Made by a program: the position numbers and the translations under genes. A stretch of DNA of 64,000 nt from Octopus sinensis. Lineage: Eukaryota. The notes under the pieces are model-generated. The model made no database searches. It was given only the letters and a program-made list of their open reading frames with translations, and was not told the origin of the DNA. Position 1 is the first letter of the stretch. Each line of letters starts with the position of its first letter. Where the stretch lies: the NCBI RefSeq assembly GCF_006345805.1, contig NC_043003.1, positions 99,076,001-99,140,000 of the forward strand, written 5' to 3'. Shown piece by piece: positions 12,665 through 26,629 of this stretch.

Positions 12665-12962
12665 AATATTAAAGTAAAGACCCTCTTTGGTCGTGAATGA
12701 CCATGGGATTACACCTAGAAAGTTACCCTCCGAGGCACAAGTCCGGGCAAGCTTGTTTATGGAGGACTAGCAATCGCCCATGCATACCAAGATACAGCTT
12801 GGTACCAGTAACGCTGCAAATAATTTCTACTGCTGAGCGAATTAGAGCAACGTGAAAATAAAGTGTCTTGCTCAAGAACACACACACAGCCTGGTCTGGG
12901 AATCGAACTTTCTACCGATTGTAAGCCCGACGCTCTAACCACTGAACCATGCGCATTCACAT
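12665..12962 (-). mobile_element. CORE-type tRNA-derived SINE with a third tail type
   Basis: Head GCGCATGGTTCAGTGGTTAG..GTTCGATTCCC, CORE-like GTGTTCTTGAGCAAGACACTT; related copy at 43945-44262. Confidence 0.75.
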
Positions 12963-13512
12963 GGAATAAATATTACCTCTAGATAAATATTGCCTCACGA
13001 TATTAATACTGCCCCTGTCGCTAATATATATTTTTACAATAGTAAAGTTATTTTACAGCCCCAGGTCAGCTCTGTTCGAGCAGACTTAGGATCAAAGACA
13101 TTCTAATCTTAAACATCCTATTTTGTAATCTGCATATAATTGTCGTCTTTCAATAGCTATAACTCAGAATGATTTGTGGATATCACATTTCGCTCTTAAC
13201 ATGCTCCACTAATTATATTCTTTTCTTATGTATTAATTAATTATAGCGTGACAAAATTTAACAGAAATAAATAAATAAAAGTAATAAAAATAAATGAGCA
13301 AGCAAGGGACAAAGTATTAATTAGCATTAACTCTTTGCTATAATCCGATAAAAATTATAATTGATCACAATTTGGTCCATAGCAAGTAGTAGTAGTAGTA
13401 GTTGTAGTAGTAGTAGTAGTAGCAGCAGCAGCAGCAGCAGCAGTAATAGTAGTAGTACTAGTAGTAGTAGGAGGAGGAGGAGTTAAAGTAATTTTTGCAG
13501 GAAATATATACT

Positions 13513-13897
13513 CTTTTCTACTATAGGCACAAGGCCTGGATTTTGGGGGGTGGGGGACAATCGATCTCATCGAACCCCAGTACTCAACTGGCACTTGATT
13601 TATAGATCCAAAGGATGAAAGGCGGAATTTGAACTCAGAACGTAAAGACGGGCGAAATACCTATTTCTTTACTACTCACAAGGGGCTAAAACACAGAGAG
13701 GACAAACAAGGACAGACAAACGGATTAAGTCGATTATATCGACCCCAGTGCGTAACTGGTACTTATTTAATCGACCCCGAAAGGATGAAAGGCAAAGTCG
13801 ACCTCGGTGGAATTTGAACTCAGAACGTAGCGGCAGACGAAATACCGCTAAGCATTTTGCTTGACGTGCTAACGTTTCTTCCAGCTCGCTGCCTTTT
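13513..13897 (-). mobile_element. Composite SINE family A (older copy with a younger copy inside)
   Basis: 15-bp TSD CAGGAAATATATACT at 13498-13512 and 13898-13912. Confidence 0.8.
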
Positions 13898-14044
13898 CAG
13901 GAAATATATACTGTCTGAGCGAAGGAGTACCCGTTTTGTTACGAAGTCTGCATTGCATTAACATGCACCCGATTCGATCCCACGCTGCTGTATATTAGAA
14001 AAATGCAGTGAATAGTAAGGCTTCGGTTCGTAACGGTTTATTAT

Positions 14045-14350
14045 ATAATACAAGTGTTGTAAAGTGTTGGTTAATTAGTGTAAGTGTAGTTTAGAGTTGG
14101 TTAATACTGATCTGTTATGTATGGCAAGTGTTATAATACGTTGGTTAATAGTTATCTATTCGTGTAAGTATGATTAAGTGTTGATTAGTAGTTATCTATA
14201 ATAGTAAGTGTAGTAAAGTGTAATTTGTTTGTGTAATGTGGTTAAGCGTTGGTTAGTAGTTACCTATAAAAGTAAGTGTAACGAAGTGTTTGTTCATAGC
14301 GATCTGTTATTGTAAGTATAGCTAAGTGTTGGTTCATATGATGTAAGTGT
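14045..14350. repeat. Degenerate tandem repeat of about 40 bp (..TAAGTGT..GTTGGTTA.TAGTTATCT..)
   Basis: Recurring AAGTGT and GTTGGTTA motifs at roughly 40-bp spacing. Confidence 0.55.
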
Positions 14351-14364
14351 TATGAAGTATGGGG

Positions 14365-14812
14365 TTTCTACTCGCATGGTTCTTGGTCTCAAGCATTTGT
14401 CTTATGAAGAAAGGCTGAAGACGCTCGACCTTTATTCTCTAGAAAAACGACGACGCCGTGGTGATCTCACTCTTGCTCGCAACATCATAAGCAGAAAGTG
14501 TAACCTTTCGAAAGAGCTGTTCTTCACTCCTGATCCAGAGCGTCGGCTGCGGGTTCACTCCGAAAAGCTCTATCTGCGACGATTTCGTCTCAGTCGAAGG
14601 AGAGGGGCTTTCTCCGACCGGGTTGCAGATCCGTGGAATAAGCTGCCGGACGAGATAGTGAAGATGCCGACGACCGCTCGGTTCAAAATCTCCCTTGACC
14701 ACAAATGACCTGAACTCTTTGCATGAACACCACCCTGTACATAACTCCATGTCCTCCTACATGGCCTTGCTTTTTGCTTTTTGAGCCAAGAAATTAACTT
14801 AACTTAACTTAT
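14365..14812 (+). mobile_element. CR1-clade LINE 3' fragment
   Basis: GLKHLSYEERLKTLDLYSLEKRRRRGDL...RGAFSDRVADPWNKLPDEIV..FKISLD, a canonical CR1/L2 ORF2 C-terminus; tail (TTAAC)n. Confidence 0.9.
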
Positions 14813-15595
14813 TCCCTTACTACTTCTAGTATTACTCTCAGTTTTAAGACGGAGATCTGACAGTGTCGTTAGCATTCCAGACAAAATGCTTAATGGCATT
14901 TTGTCCGACTTTACGTTCTGAGTTCAAATTCTATCGAAGCTAGCTTTGCCTTTCATCCTTTCGGGGTCGGCAAAATAAGTGCCAGTTGAGCAACGGTGAG
15001 CTGACAGAATCCTTAACACTCCAGATAAAATGCTTAGCGGCATTTACGTTTTGAGTTCGAATTCCGTCGAGGTCAACTTTGCCTTTCATCCTCTCTCGGT
15101 CGATAAAATAAGTACCAATTGAGCACTGGGGTCGAGATAACCAATATTAACGTCACTGTTTTTGAAAAATAAACCAAAGAACTTTTCGTTTAAGTACACG
15201 CTTAAATATCTGTGATATCAGGTTACAGTTATGTCTCATTAGGAACACGGCGTGGAGATTCTACATAACAGACCCCATACAGCAGCTCATTCTTTCTTTC
15301 TTTCTTATTTTCTTTTCTTCCGTTCTTCCTTTCTTTAACTTCTTTACACTTATTTCTTCAAATTCAATGTTTTCCATGTTCACTATGTCTTTCATTAATT
15401 TTATTTAGTTCTGCATGTTTGCAGTCTGTCACTCTGTCAGTCTCTCCCCATCTTTCTTACTCTCTCGCCCTCCCTCATATGCACACACAGGTATATATGT
15501 GTGTATGTGCGTGTATGTATGTATGCATGTATGTCTGTCTGTCTGTCTTTATGTATGTATGTATGTATGTATGTATGTATACATGTCTATATATG

Positions 15596-15669
<74 letters not shown>

Positions 15670-15952
15670 GGATATATATATATAAACAAACATATATGTA
15701 TAAATATATACCCTTTCCTTCTTGTTCATATTTATATTCTCCCATTTACCCTAATATCATTATCCTACCCTCTTCCCACACCACATAAGTGCGCATGTGC
15801 CTCAGCACATCTACGCGTGTGTGTTTGTGTGAAGTATCAGTGTATGCGTGTGCGCATTCATATATACCTATATGTATACATATATATTTGTGTGTGTGTA
15901 GGTATGCATAAATGCACACATATTTATAGGTAGATATATGCATGCATGTGTG

Positions 15953-16008
<56 letters not shown>

Positions 16009-16256
16009 GTATATAGTATGTACGTAAGCACGCATGTATGTATGTATGCATGCATGCATGTATGTATGTCATATCCGGCTTATATACTTGTATGATATGT
16101 TTGACCCAGTATGGTTATATTTCGCTTCCAGTTGGGAACTGTTTCAAGGTCTTTAAACGGGACGCCGTCCTAATATCCGGTGCCCCAGATAATAATGAAG
16201 AGGGACGTGAAAGAAAAAGCGAAGAAAGCTGATGCTTTCAAGACTATAAAATAAAC

Positions 16257-16294
<38 letters not shown>

Positions 16295-16311
16295 CAGCAG
16301 CAGCAGCAGCA

Positions 16312-16370
<59 letters not shown>

Positions 16371-16599
16371 TAGTGGCAGACAGCCGTGTGGTTAAAAAGT
16401 TTGCAATTCGCAACCACGTGACCACGTGGTTTCGGTTTCGAATTCGCAGTACAGAATGCTGGGCCAGTGTCCATTTTTTTTTTTTCTGCCATAGCCTTCT
16501 TCGGTCGAAATTGTATGGACAGGAAATGTCCGGAAAACCTTTGGATAACAATACAATTTTTGTTATTCTTTATTACACTTAGTATATACTTCTAAGTTT

Positions 16600-16717
16600 G
16601 CTTACGGTTAAATCACGCTGAATGCGGCGGTTCTCTCCAAGCATCGAAGCTAAGCAACGTCGCGCCTGGTTAGTATTTAGATGGGTGGCCACTTGCGAAA
16701 CCTAGGAGTTGTAGGCA
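16600..16717 (+). pseudogene. 5S rRNA pseudogene or divergent orphan 5S copy
   Basis: 118 bp co-linear with metazoan 5S: GCTTACGG..CTGAA..GAAGCTAAGCAACGTCGCGCCTGGTTAGTATTTAGATGGGTG..GTTGTAGGCA; T4 run 7 nt downstream; many substitutions; single copy. Confidence 0.85.
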
Positions 16718-19109
16718 GCAGTCTTTTAAAGGCGGCGAACTTGGAGAATCGTTAGTATGCCGGACGAAATGCTTAGCAGCATTTCGTCCCACTTCGCGTT
16801 CAGGGTTCAAATTCAGCCGAGGACAGTTTTGCCGTTCATCCTTTTTGGGTTCAATGAACTCAGTACCAGTTGTGTACTGAGGTCGATGGAATGGACTTAC
16901 CTCCTCTCCTGAAATAGTTGGCCTTGTGTCAAAATTTGAAATCAGTGTAGTTTTCCGCCTGACCTAGTCCCTGGGTGTCTTTCTTATAGTGACATACGTT
17001 TAGTGGTGATGTGGATGCTGACAAGTGGGATTTTTTGCACTGGTGGTGGTGGTGTGGTGGTGGTGGTGGTGGTGCTTTCTTTTTCTGTTTCTCGACCCAT
17101 AGGAGACATAAGGCTGGTTACCCTGTTTCTCGACCCATAGGTTTCCCTGTATAAATTACTGAAATCACAACATTCTCCCTGGACGGGACGCCGACCTGTT
17201 GCAGGATTCAATGCCAACAGTTTTTGAGTAGAGAAAACATCAGACTCAGTACTTGACTGGTACTTCAATTTATCTACTCTGAAAGGATGAAAAGCAAAGT
17301 TGTCCTCGACAGAACGTGATGAACTGCTAACCATTTTGTTCGACTTACTAACAAGCTTACTCTCTCGCCGCCTCGGTGGTGGTGTTACAAGTAGTACTTT
17401 TCGTCAGTGAATTCACTTGATAATCAGTCCTTAGAGCGAATCCAATTTAATCACTTGACTCAGGATACTCGGCCAAAGTTTAAAATCTTTAGGTCTTTTA
17501 TTTTCTGTTTCTTTTGCGATTTAGTCAAGCGGTAAAGCACGCGGCTATGCATTAGATTATGAGGGTTTAAATTGACACAGTTAATGTCTAGTTTTGAATA
17601 TCCGTAAGTCGATGTTTTCATGAAATGAAAAACATGTGGAAAAGAATTCCTGGTCACTCCCATTCTAAATAGGTTTGGGAAACCTATTCTGAGAAGTTGG
17701 CCGCATGAGATATACCTCACCAGGCGGGCCGCACTACTAAAAAACAATTCACTGTAATTTTTCGTTTAGGTGTGCCATTTAGAAACTCCCGTGGACCGCA
17801 GTTTGCCCTACACTATACTAGAGCATCGTTTACTAAACATTTTACTCTTGGAGACCCTTCCAGCACAAACTATGACTAATAAAACGTATTATATATTTAT
17901 AGATCCCATTGGTCTTGTGTAGCCTGTTTTCGGGTTCACTTGGTAAACCCAAATCCTCGTTATTAATAACACACTACAGGCATGTAAACTCGAGAATAAA
18001 CAGTGGATGAACAGCGGTATTTATAAATTTCATTGTAAGACTGAAAATTGCAAATTTAAGAATATTAGCTGTTATATTGGACAGATGGTGGTGTTAAACC
18101 GAGCAACTGGTGCGTCTACCAGCCAAAAATATGGGGAGATATCTTACACATTATTGAAAGGGCTATATTTTAAATGTCTACGGGAAAGCTATTATAGTCA
18201 TTTTATTTCAAGTACACGTAAAAGAGCTCAAATAAGGTGACGAGCAGGCAGAATCTTAGCATACCAGGCAAATGCTTAGTGGCACTTCGCCTGTCTTTAC
18301 GTTCAAACTCCGCCGTGGTCGACTTTGCTTTTCATCATTTCGGGTTTGATAAAATAAGTAGCAGTTGGGTACTGGGATCGAATTATTGACTTATCCACTC
18401 ACCTGAAACTTCTGATCTCATGCCAAAAATTTAAAATCAATATTAAAATTTGAAATCGGAATAAAATTAAAGTTCCGGAGCAGATGGGGATTAAATTTAG
18501 TGAAAGGGCAGAATATATTAGAGTACAAGAGAGAATTACTTGTGCTATTTCTTCTCGGTCTCTGTACTCTGAATTCGAATCCTGCAGATTCAACTTTGCT
18601 TTTCATCCTTTTGATACCGATAAAAAAAAAAACAATTTAGTCCCGCAGATTAGTGAAGAGTGAGCGATCAGGCAAAAGGCATGTCACTTCCCTTTGCGTT
18701 TTGACACTAACGCCTGAAGATTTTCCCTCCGATTGATGTCGGTGGCGTAGCTTGCATGTATAAACAACCGCTAGTCTTCCTCAAAAGAGCATCTTGCTCA
18801 GGCTGGTACCTAGATGTGCAAATTCATAGACAACCTTGACCGATGGAAGGCTTACATGAGATGGGTAAATATTGTAAATCAATAGATATCAGAGAATTTT
18901 AACGTATGTTATCAAAAAGCGACAGCTCAAAGCAATAAGTAGATTAAATAGGATTCATGTACATACATATGTGTGTATATGCGAGCATATATATGAACAT
19001 TTAAAATGGGGGAAAGAGAAATTTTCTATATAAATTTTAATATACATAGGCAATATATATATACGTGTGTAGGTATATATATATGTGTGTGTGTGTATGT
19101 GCGTATGTG

Positions 19110-19170
<61 letters not shown>

Positions 19171-20026
19171 TGTATGTATGTATATTCACAAAAAATACAG
19201 TCATGCACATACACAGAAACATATATGTGTGTATGTATGTTTGTATGTATGTATGTATGTATGTGGGAAGGCGGAGGGCTAAATAGAGTGTCGGCAAAAA
19301 GGCTTTGCGGTATTTCATCGGGTTATTCGGTTATTCTGAGTCCAAATGCCACAGGGGTGAATTTTTCCTGTCATCTCTCTGGGGCTGATAAAATATAGTG
19401 CCAGTGAAGTGATAGGGTCGATTTGATTGACCAACCCCTACAAATTACTGACTTTGGGCCTAAATTTGAAACCAGTACATACATATATAAATATATATGT
19501 GTGTGTGTGTGTGTATTTGTATATATATATATATATATACATGTATATATATGTATGTATATATATACATATATGCATATATATACATATATAATATATG
19601 TATATATATGTGTGTGTGTATATACACATACATGTATATATATATACACATATATATACACACATGTGTATATATATATATATATATATCTACATACACA
19701 TATATATATATATATATCTACATACACATATATATATATGCATACACATATATATATACATACATAAACACACGCACGCACACAGATATATGGTATTGTG
19801 CGCGTGTGTCGAGACAGAGATGTCTTTGTGTATGAAGGAGCAGATTCAAAGACTAACGTGCTGACAGAAATACAACGCCATATGTTACGATAATTTTGAA
19901 TTATATAATCTATTCATAATAGGAGCTATCAAAAGGTGCACACATGTATATTTATATTGGTCTGGGGTTGTTAGTGTGCGGATATGAGGAATATGTATAT
20001 ATGAATATATATTTATATATAAATAG

Positions 20027-20061
<35 letters not shown>

Positions 20062-20136
20062 ATAATGTATGTAAGCATGTAGACACACACATACACATGT
20101 CTGCGTCTATGTATGTATATATTTCTATACACATGC

Positions 20137-20177
<41 letters not shown>

Positions 20178-20293
20178 GTATGTATGTATACATATATATA
20201 CATATAAATACATATATATACGTATATAATTACCGCACATGAAGACATACATACAAATGTAAATATAAATATGTGAACCTACTGATCCCTTTT

Positions 20294-20358
<65 letters not shown>

Positions 20359-20363
<5 letters not shown>

Positions 20364-23300
20364 CCGCAGAAACATGTACATCGGGGACCCTGCCGCAGAA
20401 ACACGAAACAGGTCAGAAACCAACTACCAAAAGGAAAAGGGATGGACCACGCACCACCTGCCCCAAAACGGAGGTACGCAGATGTGGTGCGTGCTACAAA
20501 CCGCCAACATGTTATTGAAAGGGCAGCTGCTGAACAAGAATCTTTTTTTGTGCATGGCACAAAAGATTGTACAGTAGCTAACCTGGCTCCATCAAACTCA
20601 AACTCGCAAATGGGACTATCCACATTACACAAGACCACCACAGCAAATAGACCCAAAGTGGACACCGCCGGCAACAGCATACACCTCACCTCGATGCTCC
20701 TACTGAACAACAGAGGACTGCTAACACTCAGTAACAGGACAAAAATCCCGTTCTTGAGAGACTTTGTTGCATGCAATCAAGCCTTATGCATAGCACTCGC
20801 GGAAACACACCTGAAACCGGACATAGCAGATGCGGAAATACACATACCACAGTATGTTGAACTACGGACCGACAGAAAAGAAAGGAGTCATGGAGGAGTT
20901 GCTATGTACATCCGTAAGGACCTCACATCCCAGGTCCTTTTGTCATACTAAAATTCGGTGTGTGACACACTAATTGTACATATAAAGCAACTGGTGTAGT
21001 ATATGTGCTACATATCGCCCTCCAATTCCCAAGCCATGTAGGCAATTTGAAGACTGCCTTATAAAAATAGAAGTTCTAGTCACATTAGAACAACACATAA
21101 GTGTACTTCTTATGGGAGACTTCAATCTACCCAATGTCAGATGGCCCGAGGACCTTTCTCTCCCAGGAATGACACGATGTGAACAATGACAGGCGAGGTC
21201 CCTCCTGAACCTCATCAACACTCTGTACATGGAGCAAGTAATACTCCAACCAACCAGGGCAAGTAACATAATGGATCTCTGCTTCACAAATAATATGGAT
21301 CTCATCCATAATGTGAAAGTGACACCGACACTACTCTCGGATCACAACATGGTAGAGCTGACAATGTACGGGTCAAAGGAAAGCATGGACATGCAGCCTA
21401 CAAGAAACTCTCTGAATCTTTCCAGCTTGAACTTCCATAAGGCAAACTGGAAACAAATTGAGAAAGAGATCCTCAAACAAAACTGGCCTGAATGTTTATC
21501 CTCACCAGACATCGACATGAAACTTCAACAATTCATGTCTGTAATGCAAGCCATATGCTACAAATGTGTCCCAGAGAGAAAGGCCACTGTACACAAGAGC
21601 AAAATCCCCAGAGAGAGGAAAATTCTAATGAGACGGCGTAGAAAAGTTTCAAATCACCTAAACAAACAAATTGAAAGCAGTGAAAAGTCCCGCCTGAAAA
21701 TAAAACTGTTGGAAATTGAAAAATGTCTGCAACTCTCCCATGAAAAAGAAAGAGCAGACAAAGGAGCCCGGGCTATAGACAACATAAAATCTAACCCCAG
21801 AGCTTTCTACAGGTATGCCAAAGAAACAGCTACGGTGCACTGTAGGATAGGGCCACTCCTTGAAAAGAATGGCACACTCACAGGAAATCCAATGAGGGAA
21901 GTGAAATACTAAATGACAATCAAGAGTATTTTCACGCCACCCCTAGGGCATTTTCAAGTCAGCAATCCAACTGACTTCTTTACCACTGCAGATATAAAAT
22001 CGGAGGCAGCAATGATTGATTACATCAATATAAAGGAAGACGATGTAATAAGGCTATTGATGAAATGAAAAACAAACTCAGCTACTGGCCCAGATGGATT
22101 CCCAGCAATCCTTCTAAAAGTATGTAAGAGAGTCCTAGCAAGACCACTGCAGTTCCTCTTTCAGAGCTTCCTTGCAACTGGCAAACTTCCAAGAAAACTG
22201 AAGGAAGGTAAAATATGCCCTATTCATAAAGGATGTAGCAGAGCGGAGGCCAAGAACTACAGACCTATCTCTCTGACCTCACACATCAGCAAGGTCATGG
22301 AACGAATAGTCAGAAGGAAACTAATCACCTTCCTTGAAGAAAATTACTTGCTACCTGACACTCAACATGGTTTCCGACCAGGAAGAAGCTGCTTAACTCA
22401 GCTCCTACAACACTATGACTTGGTGCTGAAAAGACTGCTCAACCACTCAAATGTGGAAGTCATATATCTCGACTTTGCAAAGGCCTTTGATAAAATCGAT
22501 CATGGAATGCTATGTCACAAACTGCGTGATCTTGGCATAGTTGGAAAATTGGGAGAGTGGCTTCATGACTTTCTGAAGGATAGCAGTCAGGTGGTAGTAG
22601 CCAATGGGCCCTTCCACTAACACGCAAATAGTGAGCAGTGTTCCGCAGGCACTGTTTTGGGGACCACTACTGTTCATAATGGCCCTCTCAACATGCCCTC
22701 AGCCACGCAGAGAGCCACGATCACAAATTATGCAGATGATACAAAGTTTTCACAGGTAATACAGAACCCTGAAGACACTAAGCACCTGCAATGTGTGCTG
22801 GACAAAATACAAGTGGGCTGAAAAGAATAGCTGCAGTTCAATGCTGAAAGTTTCAAGCTCTATGCTATCAGCACGCAAACTAAATGCAATACCCAATCCC
22901 AATAAATACCTGGACCTGGAGGGACTTGCAATCCCAGAGGCACAATCAGTGCGAGACCTGGGTATTTACATAAGTGATGATGCAACCTTTCATGTGCATG
23001 TTGCTAAATTGGCATGAAATGTAGGCGGCTGACAGGATGGATTCTTAGACCCTTCAGAACAAGAGACCAGGAAACCATGATGGTCCTCTGGAGGACACTT
23101 GTCCTAAGCCACTTTGACTATTGCTCTCAGCTATGGTCACCATCCAGTGTCAAGTAATCACAGAACTTGAGGCGATCCAACGAACTACACGAGAAGATAG
23201 TCTCTCTGTGCAGCATATAAGCTATTGGGAAAGACTCAAGAGATTGATATCTATTCCTTAGAGCGTAGGCGAGAAAGATATGCCATAATATACATCTGAA

Positions 23301-23721
23301 TATCCTAGAAGGAGTTGTCCCAAACTTTGGCATCGAGAGTTACACAAATGCCAGAACTGGGGCGCACTGCATAGTGCCAAAGACTCCAAATTTGCCATCA
23401 AGATGTAAGGACACAGATACTGTGATAGCCTGGGCTTCCAAGCCCCAGTTTCTTCTTCATATCCTCACGAAGAACCTAAGAGACCTGCATGGGGTGGATG
23501 CAGATGTCTTTAAAACGAAACTAGATCTCTTCTTATCAGGTATCCTAGGTGAACCAACTTCACGGCAGGAGGTGCAGATGAGGGCAGCTGCATCGAACTC
23601 CCTCATGCACCAAATGGCAATTGCTAAAAAGCATTCGTGAAGTAAAATCATGTAGCAATACCAAATGGCGGTGCCCCAGCATGGCCACAGCTAGTGAGCT
23701 GAAACTAGATAAATAAATAAA
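20359..23721 (+). mobile_element. CR1-group (CR1/L2/Crack-like) LINE, 5'-truncated, decayed ORF1 end plus ORF2 (APE endonuclease and RT)
   Basis: APE: IALAETHL..RTDRKERSHGGVAMYI, GDFNLP, DLCFTN..SDHNMV; RT: YRPISLTSHISKVMERIV, QHGFRPGRSC, YLDFAKAFDKIDH, YADD at about 22728; tail (ATAA)n; many stops and frameshifts; flanked by (TA)n on both sides. Confidence 0.93.
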
Positions 23722-23730
23722 TATATATAT

Positions 23731-24138
23731 TACTCTTTTACTCTTTTACTTGTTTCAGACATTTGACTGCGGCCATGCTGGAGCACCGCCTTTAATCGAG
23801 TAACTTCTGGACTTATTCTTTTGTAAGCCCAGTACTTATTCTATCGGTCTCTTTTGCCGAACCGCTAAGTGACGGAGACGTAAACACACCAGCATCGGTT
23901 GTCAAGCAATGCTAGGGGGACAAACACAGACACACAAACATACACACACACACACTTATGTATATATACATATATACGACAGGCTTCTTTCAGTTTCCGT
24001 CTACCAAATTCACTTACAAGCATGGTCATTGGTCCCCGGGGCTATAGCAGAAGACCTTGCCCAAGATGCCACGCAGTGGGACTGAACCCGGAACCATGTG
24101 GCTGGTTAGCAAGCTACTTACCACACAGCCACTCCTGC
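23731..24138 (-). mobile_element. SINE family C (head GCAGGAGTGGCTGTGTGGTAAG, internal microsatellite, tail ..GACTGAAACAAGTAAAAGAGT)
   Basis: About 400-bp repeat with more than 10 copies in the window; CORE-like GGCA(C/T)CTTGGGCAAG. Confidence 0.9.
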
Positions 24139-24173
<35 letters not shown>

Positions 24174-24202
24174 GTTATATATATATAATGTAATTATATA
24201 CA

Positions 24203-24238
<36 letters not shown>

Positions 24239-24613
24239 TGCATACACTATTTTATGTGTTTGTGCCTGGGTTTAATGCCGACACGAACCATCACTTCATG
24301 ACCTGATGGATGTTGTTCTAAGTGCCTGTACTTAACCTTATCGGTGTCGGCAAATAGACTAATAGCATAAGTACTACCTTACAAAGAATAAGTTCTGGGG
24401 TCGATGTTGTTCAAACTAAACGAAACCTTTTAAGGCGGTGCTCCCAGCATGGCTTGCATCAATGACTGAAACAATAAAAGAAAAAAAAGAATATATATAT
24501 ATTTATATTTAGTATATATATATATAGTATATAGGGGTATAGGTATATATATATATTCCTATATTGCATTGTCATGTATGAGTATGTTCCAAACTACAAC
24601 CTACACACACTGC

Positions 24614-24644
<31 letters not shown>

Positions 24645-26098
24645 ATACACACATATGTATGAACAAGTATATTCATATACCGGCATGTTATGTATGTGTC
24701 TACGTGTGTATATGTGTGTATGGGCGTGTGAATGCATGTGTGTATGTGCGCGCGTGCGTGTGTGTGCATGCGTTCGTGTGCATGAATCTGTGTGCGTGTG
24801 TGCGTATGTGTGAGTGTGTAATGAATTTCTAACCTATTATTTTTATAAGAGATGTGTATTCGTGTCCTATGGACAGATGTCGACTTTTTCTGTCCAGAAG
24901 AGTTTTTCAAACCGATATTAACCGATATTATACATAGATTTTAAAGTGGTGAGCTGGTAGTTCGTTAGCACGCCGGGCGAAATACTTAGCGGTATTTCTT
25001 CTGTCGCGACGTTCTGAGTTCAAATTTCACCGAGGTCGACCTTGCCATTTATCCTGTAGGGGTCGATAAATTAAGTAATCGATTAGTCCCCTCCCCAAAA
25101 CTTCAGGCCTTGTACCTATAGTAGAAAGGATTATTATTGATAGCCTTATGTGCTTCGAAATTCGCTCCTCCGGAAAACGATTATTTCGTGTTCTCTGTAA
25201 AGCTTATACAATTTTTATCATGTCTCATATTATCATTGCTATTTTACTTTCTTTTCTATTGTACATTCGCAAGGTATTTTTCTACGCCGATGGTAGAGTA
25301 TGTACACTACACATATCTTAATTTTAAACTTTATTAGCTCTTCCTCATTTACCTCCTTAATACTTTAAAAGCAAAGTTTAATTACAGATTTCATATTCGT
25401 GGTTGACGACGCGAGGATACGCAGAAATGCATGCGTACATACATATATACATATTAAATACACACACACAACCCACCCACACACACACACAGCACACACA
25501 CATATATATATATATATATACAGACAAATCCGAAATAATTCAACCCTCTAAGTGAGATTATTAAATGTGCATTATAATATATCTTCCATTGATTTTTCCG
25601 AAATAAATGAGATGTCTAAGGGAAATAATTAAATGTGAATTATTATTTCCTTTTCATTGGTTTTATATTTATGAAATTGTGAAGTTACACATGGATGAAA
25701 TTATAGTTTTATTGTAAGTTCAAGTGAAACATTGTTTGTGAAATAGAAGAGATTCATGAAAACAATTACACAAGAATAGGCCAGTTCCGGAATTGCTGGC
25801 TTTGGGCCAAACTTTGAAACCAAATATTCATAATATATATATATGTATGTGTACATATATGTGCGTGTGTGCATGTGTTCTGTGTTCATATACATACATA
25901 TATGTGTGTGTGTGTGTCTGTGTGTGTGTGTTTTAGTGTGTCTAATGAAGGTTAGCAAGTCGAAACTTCGAAATCAGTGTCATTAACCTGCAGGATCACT
26001 CTTTTACAAATAGGCTAAAACGTTGAATACACTCTCAAACTTTTCCATGTATATGAATATATATCTATCTACTACACACACGCACGGCCCCCCCCCCC

Positions 26099-26142
<44 letters not shown>

Positions 26143-26557
26143 ATATATATACATACATACATACGTACATACATATATCGGCTATGTCCCTTCACATGGT
26201 CACATATACATCACACGGAGACACAACACACACACACACACACACATGCACACAAACACACACATATACATATGCATGCATAAATGATATATGTATTCAT
26301 ATATGCATATTTGTATGTATGTATACAAATATATGAATCTCTAGTTCTTTAGCACTCCTTTCCGCCCTTCTATCATTGCTTCTGATGTCAACTTCACAGC
26401 TGTTTAGTCTACGTTAAAATGTGAAAATTAAATAACGCAATGAAAGTTTTATGATCAATCCGTTTATATCTGCAAATAACAATTGTACTGATACCAGTTC
26501 AGCTATATGAGTAATATCTACATATACACACACATATTTCTTTGTGTCTATCTGTTT

Positions 26558-26591
<34 letters not shown>

Positions 26592-26629
26592 GTGTGTGTA
26601 TATATATATAATATATACATATATACATT

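Noticed and set aside
13938-14035. TGTTACG...TTCGTAAC as a solo Gypsy LTR
   Set aside because: Only about 95 bp, does not end in CA, and has no TSD
17690-17825. hAT-like terminal motifs (GGCCGCA.., GGACCGCAGTTTGCCC)
   Set aside because: Only one degenerate end was seen, with no TIR pair or 8-bp TSD
18690-18830. Minus-strand candidate exon YQPEQDALLRKTSGCL..
   Set aside because: Unrecognised peptide, non-optimal donor, and no partner exon I can support
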